Positions 38,109-47,010 are shown, counted from the first letter of the stretch. The stretch is 64,000 nucleotides of DNA from Sulfuricellaceae bacterium (GCA_050177075.1 JBFXHL010000002.1:808-64807), one strand, 5' to 3'. A program made the numbers and translations. Notes: generated from the sequence alone by a model not told the origin.

Positions 38109-41100
38109 ATGGAAAATCGGTCATTGATCGGAGTGGTGGGAGCCGCCCAGGGCGGTTTGCGGCAAGCGATGCCGGCCCTGGAGGCGGCGGGTTTCGCGGT
38201 TTGCTGGCTGTCCTCCACCGACGCGGTGGCGGCTCAGCGCCAACGGCAGGAGCCGGCTGCCTATCTCCTGGAGTGGGACGCCCTGCCGCCCGGCTTTCTG
38301 GCCGATGAAGTGTTCGCGCCGTTGCAGGACCATCCCTCGCCGCCGGCGGTGGTCGTGGTGGCGCAGCGGGATGACCTGGAAATCCGCCTGGCGGCGGTTC
38401 GCGCCGGCGGCACCCATTTCTTCACCTTTCCCCTGGAGTTGCCGCGCCTCACGGAGGCGCTGCGGCAGTCCGCGGCCATGGCGGACCACCGGCCCTACCG
38501 GGTGCTGGTGGTGGACGACGACCAGGCCGCGGCCAGCCAGATCGGGCGGGTTCTGCGGCAGGCCGGCATGGCGGTGGAAGAGGTGACGGACCCGGCCGGG
38601 CTTCCCGCCGCCTTCCGCTGTTTCGCCCCCGAACTGGTGCTGATGGCCGAGGATATGCCGGGGGCCAGCGGCATCGAGCTGACTTCCGTGCTCCATCAGA
38701 TGGAGGGGGGGCGCGATCTGCCCATCGTCGCCCTGCTGGATGGGACGGGGTTGCCCAGCGCCGCCGACCACGGCGGGGAGAATTTCCTCGTCAAGCCGGT
38801 GGACCCGAGGCTGCTGGTGCACGTGGCCATCATGCGCGTCAGCCGCTATCGCAAGATCGTCGAGGCGGTGGGGAGCCTGAAAAGCGCCCTGGAACGGAAC
38901 AGCCTGCTGGCGGCGGCCTTCGGCAGCCTGGAAAACGGCGTGATGATTACCGAGGGCACGCCGGCCCACCCCGTCATTACCCTGGTTAATCCCGGCTTCA
39001 GCCGCTTGACCGGCTATTCCCAGCAGGAAGTGGTGGGGCGCACGCCGGGCTTCCTCTACGGTCCCGACACCGAGGGGCGGGCGGTGGCGAAGACCCGCGT
39101 CGCCATGGAGGAAGGCGTGCCCACCACCTTCCACATGCTCAGCTATCGCAAGAACGGCGAGGAATTCTGGATCGAGATGGGACTGTCGCCGGTCAAGGAT
39201 GGCGGCGGCGCCGTGACGCATTTCGTCTGGATCTTGTCGGACATCACCCTGCGCAAGGAGGCGGAGCTCCGCCTGGAGGAAAGCGAGCAGCGCTACCGCT
39301 CGCTGTTCGAAAACTCTTTCGATGGCGTCTTTTCTTTCGATCGGGAAGGGCGCTACTTGTCCGTCAATCCCGCCGGGGAGCGGATTTCCGGTTTTACCCA
39401 GGACGAGTTGCGGGGGACGCCGTTTCTGGCCCATGTCGCCGACTACGATCGGGAGCGGATTGCGGGGCAATTCCGGCAGGTTCTGGCGGGGGAAGCCCTG
39501 ACCGGCGAACTGGACAGCGTCAACAGCGAAGGCAACACCCGCCACCTGGAGTTCGAAGCCATTCCCGTCCGCGCCGGCGAGGCGGTGAACGGCGCTTACG
39601 TCATCGCCCGGGACGTCACCGAGCGCAAAACCTACGAACGGGTGCTGGAGAAGAACAACGACAGCCTGCTGCGGGCGTCCATCGAGTTGGAGCGGCAGAA
39701 GTTCACCCTCGACCAGCATGCCATCGTCAGCGCTTCCGATGACAAGGGCGTCATCGTTTATGTGAACGACAAGTTTTGCGACATCAGCCAGTACAGCCGG
39801 GAGGAGCTGCTGGGGAAGAGCCACAGCATCCTCAATTCCGGCTACCATCCGCCGGAATTCTTCCGCCGCATGTGGCAAACCATCTCCCGGGGCGAGGTCT
39901 GGCACGGCATCCTGCGCAACCGCAAGAAGGACGGCACCTTTTATTGGGTGGATTCCACCATCGTTCCTTTCCTCGACAAGGATGGACGGCCCTACCGCTA
40001 CCTGTCGGCCCGGACCGACATCACCGAGCGCGTCGAGGCGGAAACGAAATTGCGCATGGGCCAGGAAACGGAGGAATCCCTGCGCCGCATTCTCGCCCTG
40101 GCGATCACGCCCGTCCCCATCGCGGACATCCTTGACCAGTCCCTGGACGTGATCCTTTCCGTCTCCTGGCTCGGCCTCAAGCCCCGGGCCGCGATGTTCC
40201 TGATGGACGAGAAGGAGGACGTGCTGCGGCTGACGACCCAGCGCAACATGTCCGCGATGGCGGCCAAGGCCTGCGAGCGGGTCGAGAAGGGCCAGTGCCT
40301 GTGCGGCCGCGCCGCCCAGGAGGCCAAAACCGTCTATGCCCACTGCCTGGACGAGCGCCACGAGCTGCGCTACCCCGGCATCGAGGAACACGGCCACTAC
40401 AGCGTGCCCATCGTTTCCGAGGGCAAGGTCCTGGGCGTGCTGGTCACCTATCTGGAGCACGGCCATGCCTTCGATGCGGGGGAGGTGGGCTTCCTCGAGG
40501 CGGTGGCCCATACCCTGGCCAACGTCATCAAACGCAAGGCCACCGAGGTCGAATTGCTGCGCGCCATGGAAGTGGCCGAGCGGGCCAGCCGCGCCAAGTC
40601 GGAATTCCTGTCGCGCATGAGCCACGAACTGCGCACCCCCCTCAACGCCATTCTCGGTTTCGCCCAGCTGCTGGAGTCGGACCCGGTGGAACCCCTGTCC
40701 GCCAGCCAGAATGAAAGCGTCGAGCAGATCCTGCAGGCTGGTTGGCACCTGCTGGAGCTGATCAACGAAGTGCTCGACCTGTCCCGCATCGAGGCGGGCA
40801 AGCTGCAGCTTTCCCTGGAGAGCGTGGATATCGTCGACCTGGCCATGGAATGCCGGAATTTGCTCGGGCCCATGGCCGCCCAGCGGGGCATCACCATCGT
40901 GGACCGGCACGACGGTCCTCCCTTGCCCCGGGTCTACGCGGACCGCGTGCGCCTCAAGCAGGTGCTGCTCAACCTCCTCTCCAACGCGATCAAGTACAAC
41001 CGGGAGCAGGGCGCCATTACCCTCTCCTACGGGGAGCAGCCCGACCACCGGTTGCGCCTGTCGGTCAGCGATACCGGCGAGGGCATTCCCCCGGAGCGCC

Positions 41101-41756
41101 TGGACTCCCTCTTCGAATCCTTCAACCGCCTGGGAGCCGAGGACACGGAAATCGAAGGGACGGGCATCGGCCTGGTGATCACCAAGCGCCTGGTGGAGCT
41201 GATGGGGGGGAGCATCGGCGTCGAGAGCCAGCCGGGGAAGGGCAGCACCTTCTGGGTCGACCTGGTGGCCTGCTCCACTGCCGGCGCCCCCGCCGCGGAA
41301 CCGCGGCGTGAACCCGCGGCGGGGGAAGAGGAGCTCCGCTCGTCGCTGACCCTGCTATACATTGAGGATAACCCGGCCGACCTCAAGCTGGTGGAGCAGC
41401 TGATCGGGCAGATCGGCGGCCTGCGCCTTCTGACGGCGCCGGACGAGATGGCGGGCCTGGAGCTGGCCGCCCGGCGCGGGGTGGATGTCGTTCTGCTGGA
41501 CGCCGACCGGCCGGGGCTAGACCCCTACGAAGCCCTGGCGCGCATTCGGCGGCACGCGGAGACGCGGGAGGTTCCCGTCCTGGCGCTGTCCGCCAACGCC
41601 TCCTCGGTGGAGGTGGAACGGGGCCGGGGGGCCGGTTTCCGCGATTATCTGGCCAAGCCCCTGGACGTGAAGCGTTTCCGGGAGTCCCTGGAAACGGTGC
41701 TGGCCGAGGTCAGGGGGCGCCGGAGCCATTTTGTCGAGAAGGGTTCGGAATCATGA
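38109..41756 (+). CDS. Soluble hybrid histidine kinase: two receiver-like domains-PAS x3-GAF-HisKA-HATPase-REC
   Basis: 1215 aa with no obvious TM segment. PAS segments (e.g. GVMITEG...FSRLTGYSQQEVVGRTPGFLYG), GAF-like region, H-box SEFLSRMSHELRTPLNAI, G-boxes (DTGEGI, GTGIGL) and a C-terminal REC (LLYIEDNPADLKLV). Confidence 0.9.
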   Translation: MENRSLIGVVGAAQGGLRQAMPALEAAGFAVCWLSSTDAVAAQRQRQEPAAYLLEWDALPPGFLADEVFAPLQDHPSPPAVVVVAQRDDLEIRLAAVRAGGTHFFTFPLELPRLTEALRQSAAMADHRPYRVLVVDDDQAAASQIGRVLRQAGMAVEEVTDPAGLPAAFRCFAPELVLMAEDMPGASGIELTSVLHQMEGGRDLPIVALLDGTGLPSAADHGGENFLVKPVDPRLLVHVAIMRVSRYRKIVEAVGSLKSALERNSLLAAAFGSLENGVMITEGTPAHPVITLVNPGFSRLTGYSQQEVVGRTPGFLYGPDTEGRAVAKTRVAMEEGVPTTFHMLSYRKNGEEFWIEMGLSPVKDGGGAVTHFVWILSDITLRKEAELRLEESEQRYRSLFENSFDGVFSFDREGRYLSVNPAGERISGFTQDELRGTPFLAHVADYDRERIAGQFRQVLAGEALTGELDSVNSEGNTRHLEFEAIPVRAGEAVNGAYVIARDVTERKTYERVLEKNNDSLLRASIELERQKFTLDQHAIVSASDDKGVIVYVNDKFCDISQYSREELLGKSHSILNSGYHPPEFFRRMWQTISRGEVWHGILRNRKKDGTFYWVDSTIVPFLDKDGRPYRYLSARTDITERVEAETKLRMGQETEESLRRILALAITPVPIADILDQSLDVILSVSWLGLKPRAAMFLMDEKEDVLRLTTQRNMSAMAAKACERVEKGQCLCGRAAQEAKTVYAHCLDERHELRYPGIEEHGHYSVPIVSEGKVLGVLVTYLEHGHAFDAGEVGFLEAVAHTLANVIKRKATEVELLRAMEVAERASRAKSEFLSRMSHELRTPLNAILGFAQLLESDPVEPLSASQNESVEQILQAGWHLLELINEVLDLSRIEAGKLQLSLESVDIVDLAMECRNLLGPMAAQRGITIVDRHDGPPLPRVYADRVRLKQVLLNLLSNAIKYNREQGAITLSYGEQPDHRLRLSVSDTGEGIPPERLDSLFESFNRLGAEDTEIEGTGIGLVITKRLVELMGGSIGVESQPGKGSTFWVDLVACSTAGAPAAEPRREPAAGEEELRSSLTLLYIEDNPADLKLVEQLIGQIGGLRLLTAPDEMAGLELAARRGVDVVLLDADRPGLDPYEALARIRRHAETREVPVLALSANASSVEVERGRGAGFRDYLAKPLDVKRFRESLETVLAEVRGRRSHFVEKGSES

Positions 41757-43381
41757 GCGAAGCGGAATTCCATCAGAAAATGGCGTCCCTGAAGGAGCTC
41801 TACCGCAGCCAGCTTCCCGGCAAGCTGGACGAGTTGGAGGCCCTGTGGCGCAAGCTGCGCGACGCCGGCGGACAGGCCGGCGAGTGGGCGGAATTCGTGC
41901 GCGGCATACACAGCCTCGGCGGGTCCGGCGCGGTGTTCGGATTCACCGCCTTGAGCACGTCCTGTCGAGCCCTGGAGATATTTCTCCAGCCGATTGCCGA
42001 CCACCCGGCCAGCCTTACCGATGCCTTGCGCTACGAAATCGATGACCGCCTGGCGATGGTGCGCCGTTTCGCCGATGGCCAGGAGCCGGAGCAACCGCCT
42101 CCCGCCGTCCCTTCGGCTCCTTCGACGGCGGCAACGGTCGAGCGGCGCATTTTCGTGGTGGAGAGCGACGAAGCCCTGATGGCGGACCTCGTCCAGCAGC
42201 TGGGGTATTACGGCTACCAGGTGGAGCGGTTCGGCGTCGTGGCCAGCATGATGGGGGCCTTGCGCAGCCAGTCGCCGATGGCGGTGTTGCTGGACATGGA
42301 TTGCGTCGGCGCGGACGGGGCGCTGGAAGCCTGGCGGCAGATGGAAAATCCCCCGCCCCTGCTGCCGTTCTCCTATCGCAGTGACCTGGATGCGCGGCTG
42401 GCGGCGGCCCGGGGCGGCGCCAGGGCCTATTTCACCAAGCCGGTGGAATTCAACGCCCTGATCGATGCCCTCGACAATCTTGCCGCCGACCTCTCCGCGG
42501 AACCCTACAATGTCCTGATCGTCGAGGATACGGCGTCCCTCGGCGAGTACTACGCCAGCGTGCTGCAAAACGCGGGCATGACCACCCGGCTGGTGACCGA
42601 CCCCTTGCGCATCATGGAAGGCCTGGCCGACTTCAATCCCGAGCTGATCCTGATGGATATGTACATGCCCGGTTGCAGCGGCACCGAATTGGCTGCGGTG
42701 ATTCGCCAGCTTGAGTCCTATGTCAGCGTGCCCATCGTTTTTCTTTCCTCGGAAACCGACGTCAATCGCCAGCTGGAGGCCATGGGCCAGGGCGGGGACG
42801 ACTTTCTCACCAAGCCCATCCGTCCCGAGCATCTGGTGTCCTCGGTCCGCATTCGCGCCGACCGCTACCGCATCCTGCGCCACTTCATGGTGCGGGACAG
42901 CCTGACCGGCCTGCTCAACCATACCCGCACCAAGGAGCGGCTCGACGTCGAATTGGCGCGGGCCGAACGCCTGAAATCCCCCTTGAGCTTCGCCATGATC
43001 GACATCGACCATTTCAAGCAGGTCAACGATGTCCATGGCCATCCCACGGGCGACCGGGTGATTCGCAGCCTGTCGCGCCTGCTGGTCCAGCGCCTGCGCA
43101 AAACCGACATCGTCGGACGCTACGGGGGGGAGGAGTTCGCGGTGGTGCTGCCGGATACGCCCATCCATCAGGCGGAGCGGGTGCTGAACGAGGTGCGGGA
43201 GAGCTTCTCCAGGATTCTCCAGCCCGCCGAGGGCAAGGGCTTCCGCTGCACCTTCAGTTGCGGCATCGCCGCCTATCCGGCCCACGCCACGGCGGCCGAG
43301 CTCAACAACGCCGCCGACGAGGCCCTCTACGCCGCCAAGGGCGCCGGGCGCAACCGGGTGACCAGAAGCGGCGAGGCCTAG
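41753..43381 (+). CDS. Hpt-REC-REC-GGDEF diguanylate cyclase (PleD-like with N-terminal phosphotransfer domain)
   Basis: 542 aa. Hpt-like helix with His (FVRGIHSLGGSGAVFG), two receivers (second canonical: VLIVEDTAS...ILMDMYMPGCSG...FLTKP) and a GGDEF domain with I-site (RKTDIVGRYGGEEFAVVL). ATGA overlap with the upstream kinase gene. Confidence 0.88.
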   Translation: MSEAEFHQKMASLKELYRSQLPGKLDELEALWRKLRDAGGQAGEWAEFVRGIHSLGGSGAVFGFTALSTSCRALEIFLQPIADHPASLTDALRYEIDDRLAMVRRFADGQEPEQPPPAVPSAPSTAATVERRIFVVESDEALMADLVQQLGYYGYQVERFGVVASMMGALRSQSPMAVLLDMDCVGADGALEAWRQMENPPPLLPFSYRSDLDARLAAARGGARAYFTKPVEFNALIDALDNLAADLSAEPYNVLIVEDTASLGEYYASVLQNAGMTTRLVTDPLRIMEGLADFNPELILMDMYMPGCSGTELAAVIRQLESYVSVPIVFLSSETDVNRQLEAMGQGGDDFLTKPIRPEHLVSSVRIRADRYRILRHFMVRDSLTGLLNHTRTKERLDVELARAERLKSPLSFAMIDIDHFKQVNDVHGHPTGDRVIRSLSRLLVQRLRKTDIVGRYGGEEFAVVLPDTPIHQAERVLNEVRESFSRILQPAEGKGFRCTFSCGIAAYPAHATAAELNNAADEALYAAKGAGRNRVTRSGEA

Positions 43382-44079
43382 AAGGGAATTTCCACCACCC
43401 CGCCGGCGCGGGCGATGCCCTTGACGATTTGCCCGGAGGGGGTGCGCACCTGCACCGGTTGACCCTCCTCGGCGTTGCCCATGGCCTTGCCCTCGGCGGA
43501 GACGGAGAAGCCGGCGCCCTTGGCGGTGATTCTCACCGCCTGGCCCTGGAAGACCGCCATCTTTGCCCGCAGCATGTCGGCCCGCAGGGGATAGCCCGCC
43601 GGGATGCTGGAGGTGAGGGTTTTGCCGATGGCGTCGTTCTGGTCGGTGATGACGCCGGCGGGAAGCTGGGTCAGGTCCTGCTTCTGCAACGACAGGTCGG
43701 CCAGGGAAAGGGCTTGGCCCTGGGCCAGGGGCCGGGCGCTGACGACGGTCATGCCCATGACCTTGACCGTGACGGGGATGTACACGGTCCAGGGGACCGG
43801 CACGCCGCAGCGTAGCCCCACGGTGGCGTTGCCCCACAGCCGGGAGCCGGCGGGCAGGAAGGCTTCGGGCTGGGCGCAGCGGGGCAGGCGCAGGCGGGAA
43901 TCCACGGCCCCGACGGTGACTTCTGCGCCGGGTTGGCCGGCGGTCTGCTGGGCGACGAAGGTTTCCGCCAATCGCTTCAGGGAGGCGGGAGTTTCCAATT
44001 CTTCCGCGCCCCGGGCGGGCGTGGCCAGGAGCAGCAGAGGAAGCAGCAGAGGAAGCAGCAGAGCGATGAGTTTCGGCAT
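43378..44079 (-). CDS. flgA: Flagellar basal-body P-ring formation chaperone FlgA
   Basis: 233 aa. Signal peptide with an LLLP repeat and a C-terminal SAF-type region (GQAVRITAKGAGFSVSAEGKAMGNAEEGQPVQVRTPSGQIVKGIARAGGVVEIPF). Confidence 0.88.
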   Translation of the reverse strand: MPKLIALLLPLLLPLLLLATPARGAEELETPASLKRLAETFVAQQTAGQPGAEVTVGAVDSRLRLPRCAQPEAFLPAGSRLWGNATVGLRCGVPVPWTVYIPVTVKVMGMTVVSARPLAQGQALSLADLSLQKQDLTQLPAGVITDQNDAIGKTLTSSIPAGYPLRADMLRAKMAVFQGQAVRITAKGAGFSVSAEGKAMGNAEEGQPVQVRTPSGQIVKGIARAGGVVEIPF

Positions 44080-44159
44080 GGATCGGGGGGGGATGGTGGC
44101 GACTTCCGGACCATTCTAAAGCCATCGCCCGTTCATCACAATGTCGGGGATTCCCCGCA

Positions 44160-44188
44160 TTGACTACCCGCCACGGGGCTTCGATAAT
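44160..44188 (+). promoter_or_regulatory. Candidate sigma-70 promoter for the diguanylate cyclase gene at 44218
   Basis: TTGACT (44160-44165), 17-nt spacer, GATAAT (44183-44188), 30 nt upstream of the ATG. Confidence 0.4.
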
Positions 44189-44217
44189 CCCCCACTCTTC
44201 TTATTGGAAACGGTTCC

Positions 44218-46008
44218 ATGGCCAATCCTGTCAACCCCATCGACCTCGCCCGGGAAACCATCAAGACCCTGACCACCCGCCGCCTGCCGCCGACGCCGGA
44301 CAATTACCGCCTGATCTACGACGAGATCGCGGGGGTCGCCTCCCATTCGTCCGACGAGGCCCGCTTGTTGCGCAAGGTGCTGCACCTTCTGGTGGAAGGG
44401 GGATATGCCAAGCCGGCGGCGCTGAAGGCGGCGGAAAAGGACCTGGCGGCCAGGAACTGGAAGGCCCTCGAAGAGGATTTGACCGCCGTCCTGGGAGCCA
44501 AGGACGGCGAGGCGGCCGACTGGGGCGCCCTGGTGCGGGAGTTGGTCAGGCAATGGGAGCGCAAGCAGAGCGGCCTGAATACGCCGAAAAAGCAGGCGGC
44601 CCTGGAGCGGGTGCTGATCAATTTCGGTTCCGATGCCGCGTCCCTTTACGACAAGCTGAAGGCCCTGGTCCAGGCGTGGGCGGATAACCGCGCCGCCCCC
44701 GTGGGGGTGCCGGTGGCCGAAGATGAGCCGCCCGCCGCGGAAGGCGAGGCGCCGCTCCCGCCCGCTGAGACGGCCGCTCCCCTGCCGGGGGCGGTCGGCG
44801 CGGAAGACCTCGACCTGCTGCGGGACATCGTCGCCCAAAGCCTGCTGATGGGGGTCGTGCCGCGGATTTCCCAGTTCCGGGATTTGAGCGAAGAGGCCAC
44901 TCGCCTGGCCGAGGCCGCCAAGGCCGCTCAGGACGAGGTGGCCCTGCGCGCCCTGTCGAAGAACCTGAAGCAGTTCTGGGTCAAGCTCGCCCTGCGCAAT
45001 GAAACCGATGCCGAGGTGCTGGCCGGGTTGCTGCGCCTCCTGCGCCTGCTGGTGGACAACATGGGCGAGCTGATGGCGGATGACCAGTGGCTCCAAGGCC
45101 AAGTGGAAGTGGTGCGGGACATCATTTCCCAGCCCCTCAACCTGCGGGTGATCTACGACGCCGAACAGAGCTTCAAGGAGGTGTTGTACAAGCAGGGCGT
45201 GCTGCGGCAAAGCCTGCAGGAAGCCAAGGAAACCCTCAAGACCATGGTCGCCAGCTTCATCGACCGCCTGGGGGAAATGACCGCCAGCACCGACGATTAC
45301 CACAAGAAAATCGAGAAGTATGCCGACGATATCGGCAAGGCCAACGATATCACCCAGATCAACCGCCTGCTGGCGGACCTGATGACGGACACCAAGGGCA
45401 TCCAGCTCGATATCCAGCGCTCCCGGGACGAACTGGTCGAAACCCGGCGCCGGGTGGAGGAGGCGGAGGCGAAGGTGCGCGAACTGGAGGCGGAGCTGGA
45501 CGAGGTGAGCGCCATGGTCAAGCAGGATCACCTTACCGGCGCCCTCAACCGCCGCGGCATGACGGATGCCTTCGAACAGGAGAAAGCGCGGGCCGAGCGG
45601 ACCCATTCTCCCCTGAGCGTGGCGATCATGGATATCGATCATTTCAAGCGCCTCAACGATACCTATGGCCACGATGCCGGCGACAATGCCCTGATCCACC
45701 TGGTGAACGTGGTGAAGGACGTGATCCGTCCCACCGATGTGCTCGCCCGCTTCGGCGGCGAGGAGTTCGTTCTCCTGCTGCCGTCGACGGAGGTGGAGGA
45801 CGGGGTGCGCGTCATGGTCCGGGTGCAGCGGGAATTGACCAAGCGTTTTTTTCTTCACGACAACCAGAAATTGTTGATCACCTTCAGCTGCGGCGTGGCC
45901 CGCTGGCGGGAGGGGGAATCGTCCGAAGAGGTCATCGCCCGGGCCGACAAGGCCCTCTATCTCGCCAAGGAATCCGGCCGCAACCGGGTGCTGGCGGCGA
46001 CGGAATAG
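44218..46008 (+). CDS. Soluble diguanylate cyclase with a long all-helical / coiled-coil N-terminal region
   Basis: 596 aa. The C-terminal GGDEF domain has an I-site (RPTDVLARFGGEEFVLLL). The N-terminal ~420 aa has no TM segment and no domain I can recognise, and includes a heptad-rich segment before the GGDEF domain. Confidence 0.85.
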   Translation: MANPVNPIDLARETIKTLTTRRLPPTPDNYRLIYDEIAGVASHSSDEARLLRKVLHLLVEGGYAKPAALKAAEKDLAARNWKALEEDLTAVLGAKDGEAADWGALVRELVRQWERKQSGLNTPKKQAALERVLINFGSDAASLYDKLKALVQAWADNRAAPVGVPVAEDEPPAAEGEAPLPPAETAAPLPGAVGAEDLDLLRDIVAQSLLMGVVPRISQFRDLSEEATRLAEAAKAAQDEVALRALSKNLKQFWVKLALRNETDAEVLAGLLRLLRLLVDNMGELMADDQWLQGQVEVVRDIISQPLNLRVIYDAEQSFKEVLYKQGVLRQSLQEAKETLKTMVASFIDRLGEMTASTDDYHKKIEKYADDIGKANDITQINRLLADLMTDTKGIQLDIQRSRDELVETRRRVEEAEAKVRELEAELDEVSAMVKQDHLTGALNRRGMTDAFEQEKARAERTHSPLSVAIMDIDHFKRLNDTYGHDAGDNALIHLVNVVKDVIRPTDVLARFGGEEFVLLLPSTEVEDGVRVMVRVQRELTKRFFLHDNQKLLITFSCGVARWREGESSEEVIARADKALYLAKESGRNRVLAATE

Positions 46009-46016
46009 GTTTACCG

Positions 46017-46043
46017 CCGGGGCGGCAATCTTTGCCGCCCCGG
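46017..46043. repeat. GC-rich palindrome CCGGGGCGGCAA-TCT-TTGCCGCCCCGG after the cyclase gene (REP-like or terminator-like, no U-tract)
   Basis: Perfect 12-bp stem read directly, 9 nt after the stop codon. Confidence 0.55.
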
Positions 46044-46125
46044 CCCGCTCCCCTGGGGGTGGCCGGGTTCTTCCGGCGCGGCAATCCCCCCGTCTTTATT
46101 GCTTCTCCCACTGTTTTCGAGAATT

Positions 46126-46141
46126 TGGCATGCTTCCTGCT
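46126..46141 (+). promoter_or_regulatory. Candidate sigma-54 promoter upstream of flgB
   Basis: TGGCATGcttcCTGCT with GG-N10-GC spacing identical to the consensus TGGCACG-N4-TTGCW, 31 nt upstream of the flgB ATG. Confidence 0.6.
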
Positions 46142-46171
46142 AACTGTAGGGCAAAGACAGTGGAGGCAATC

Positions 46172-46573
46172 ATGCTCGGCAGTATCGATCAGGAATTCCG
46201 GTTTTTGCACAGCGCCCTGAATTTGCGGGCGGAGCGGCAGCAGGTGTTGGCGTCGAACATCGCCAACGCCGATACGCCGAACTACAAGGCGCGGGATTTC
46301 GATTTTGCCGCTGAGTTGCGTCAAGCGGGCGGCCAGCGCGGCGGCCTGAGGATGGTGGTGACCTCCTCCGGTCACATGCAGGGAAGCGTTTCCGCGCTGC
46401 CGGGGGTCAAGGAGCTCTACCGGACCGACGTGCAGCCCAGCATCGACGGCAACACGGTGAACATGGACATGGAACGCGCTCAGTTCACGGAAAACGCCCT
46501 CCACTATCAGTTCATTGCCGACCGCATCAGCGGCAAGGTGCGTGACCTGTTGCTGGCGGCGAAAGGACAGTAA
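46172..46573 (+). CDS. flgB: Flagellar basal-body rod protein FlgB
   Basis: Start chosen at the ATG at 46172 (MLGSIDQEF...) behind the RBS TGGAGG. Contains the rod-protein N-terminal motif [15 protein letters not shown]. Confidence 0.9.
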   Translation: MLGSIDQEFRFLHSALNLRAERQQVLASNIANADTPNYKARDFDFAAELRQAGGQRGGLRMVVTSSGHMQGSVSALPGVKELYRTDVQPSIDGNTVNMDMERAQFTENALHYQFIADRISGKVRDLLLAAKGQ

Positions 46574-46575
46574 TC

Positions 46576-46995
46576 ATGTCGTTGTCTAATGTGTTCAATA
46601 TCGCCGGCAGCGGCATGATGGCGCAGTCCATGCGCCTCAACGTGGTGGCGAGCAACCTGGCCAACGCCGACAGCGTGACCAGTTCCAACGGCCAGCCTTA
46701 TCGGGCCCGGCAGGTGATATTCGCCGCCAAGCCCCTGGAGGGTGGCGACGCGGCGGGGGCGGTGGGTGTGAGGGTGAGCGGCGTGGTCGAGGACCCGACT
46801 CCCCTGAAGGTGGTGTACGACCCCCATAACCCCGCGGCGGACGGCAACGGTTACGTGGCGATGCCCAACGTGAACGTGGTGGAGGAGATGGTGAACATGA
46901 TTTCCGCCTCCCGCTCCTACCAGAACAACGTGGATATGATGAACACGGCCAAGACCCTGATGCTGAAAACCCTCGGCATCGGTCAAGCCGGTTGA
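46576..46995 (+). CDS. flgC: Flagellar basal-body rod protein FlgC
   Basis: 139 aa: [33 protein letters not shown]...[17 protein letters not shown]. Confidence 0.95.
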   Translation: MSLSNVFNIAGSGMMAQSMRLNVVASNLANADSVTSSNGQPYRARQVIFAAKPLEGGDAAGAVGVRVSGVVEDPTPLKVVYDPHNPAADGNGYVAMPNVNVVEEMVNMISASRSYQNNVDMMNTAKTLMLKTLGIGQAG

Positions 46996-47010
46996 TGAAG
47001 GAGTCCAATC

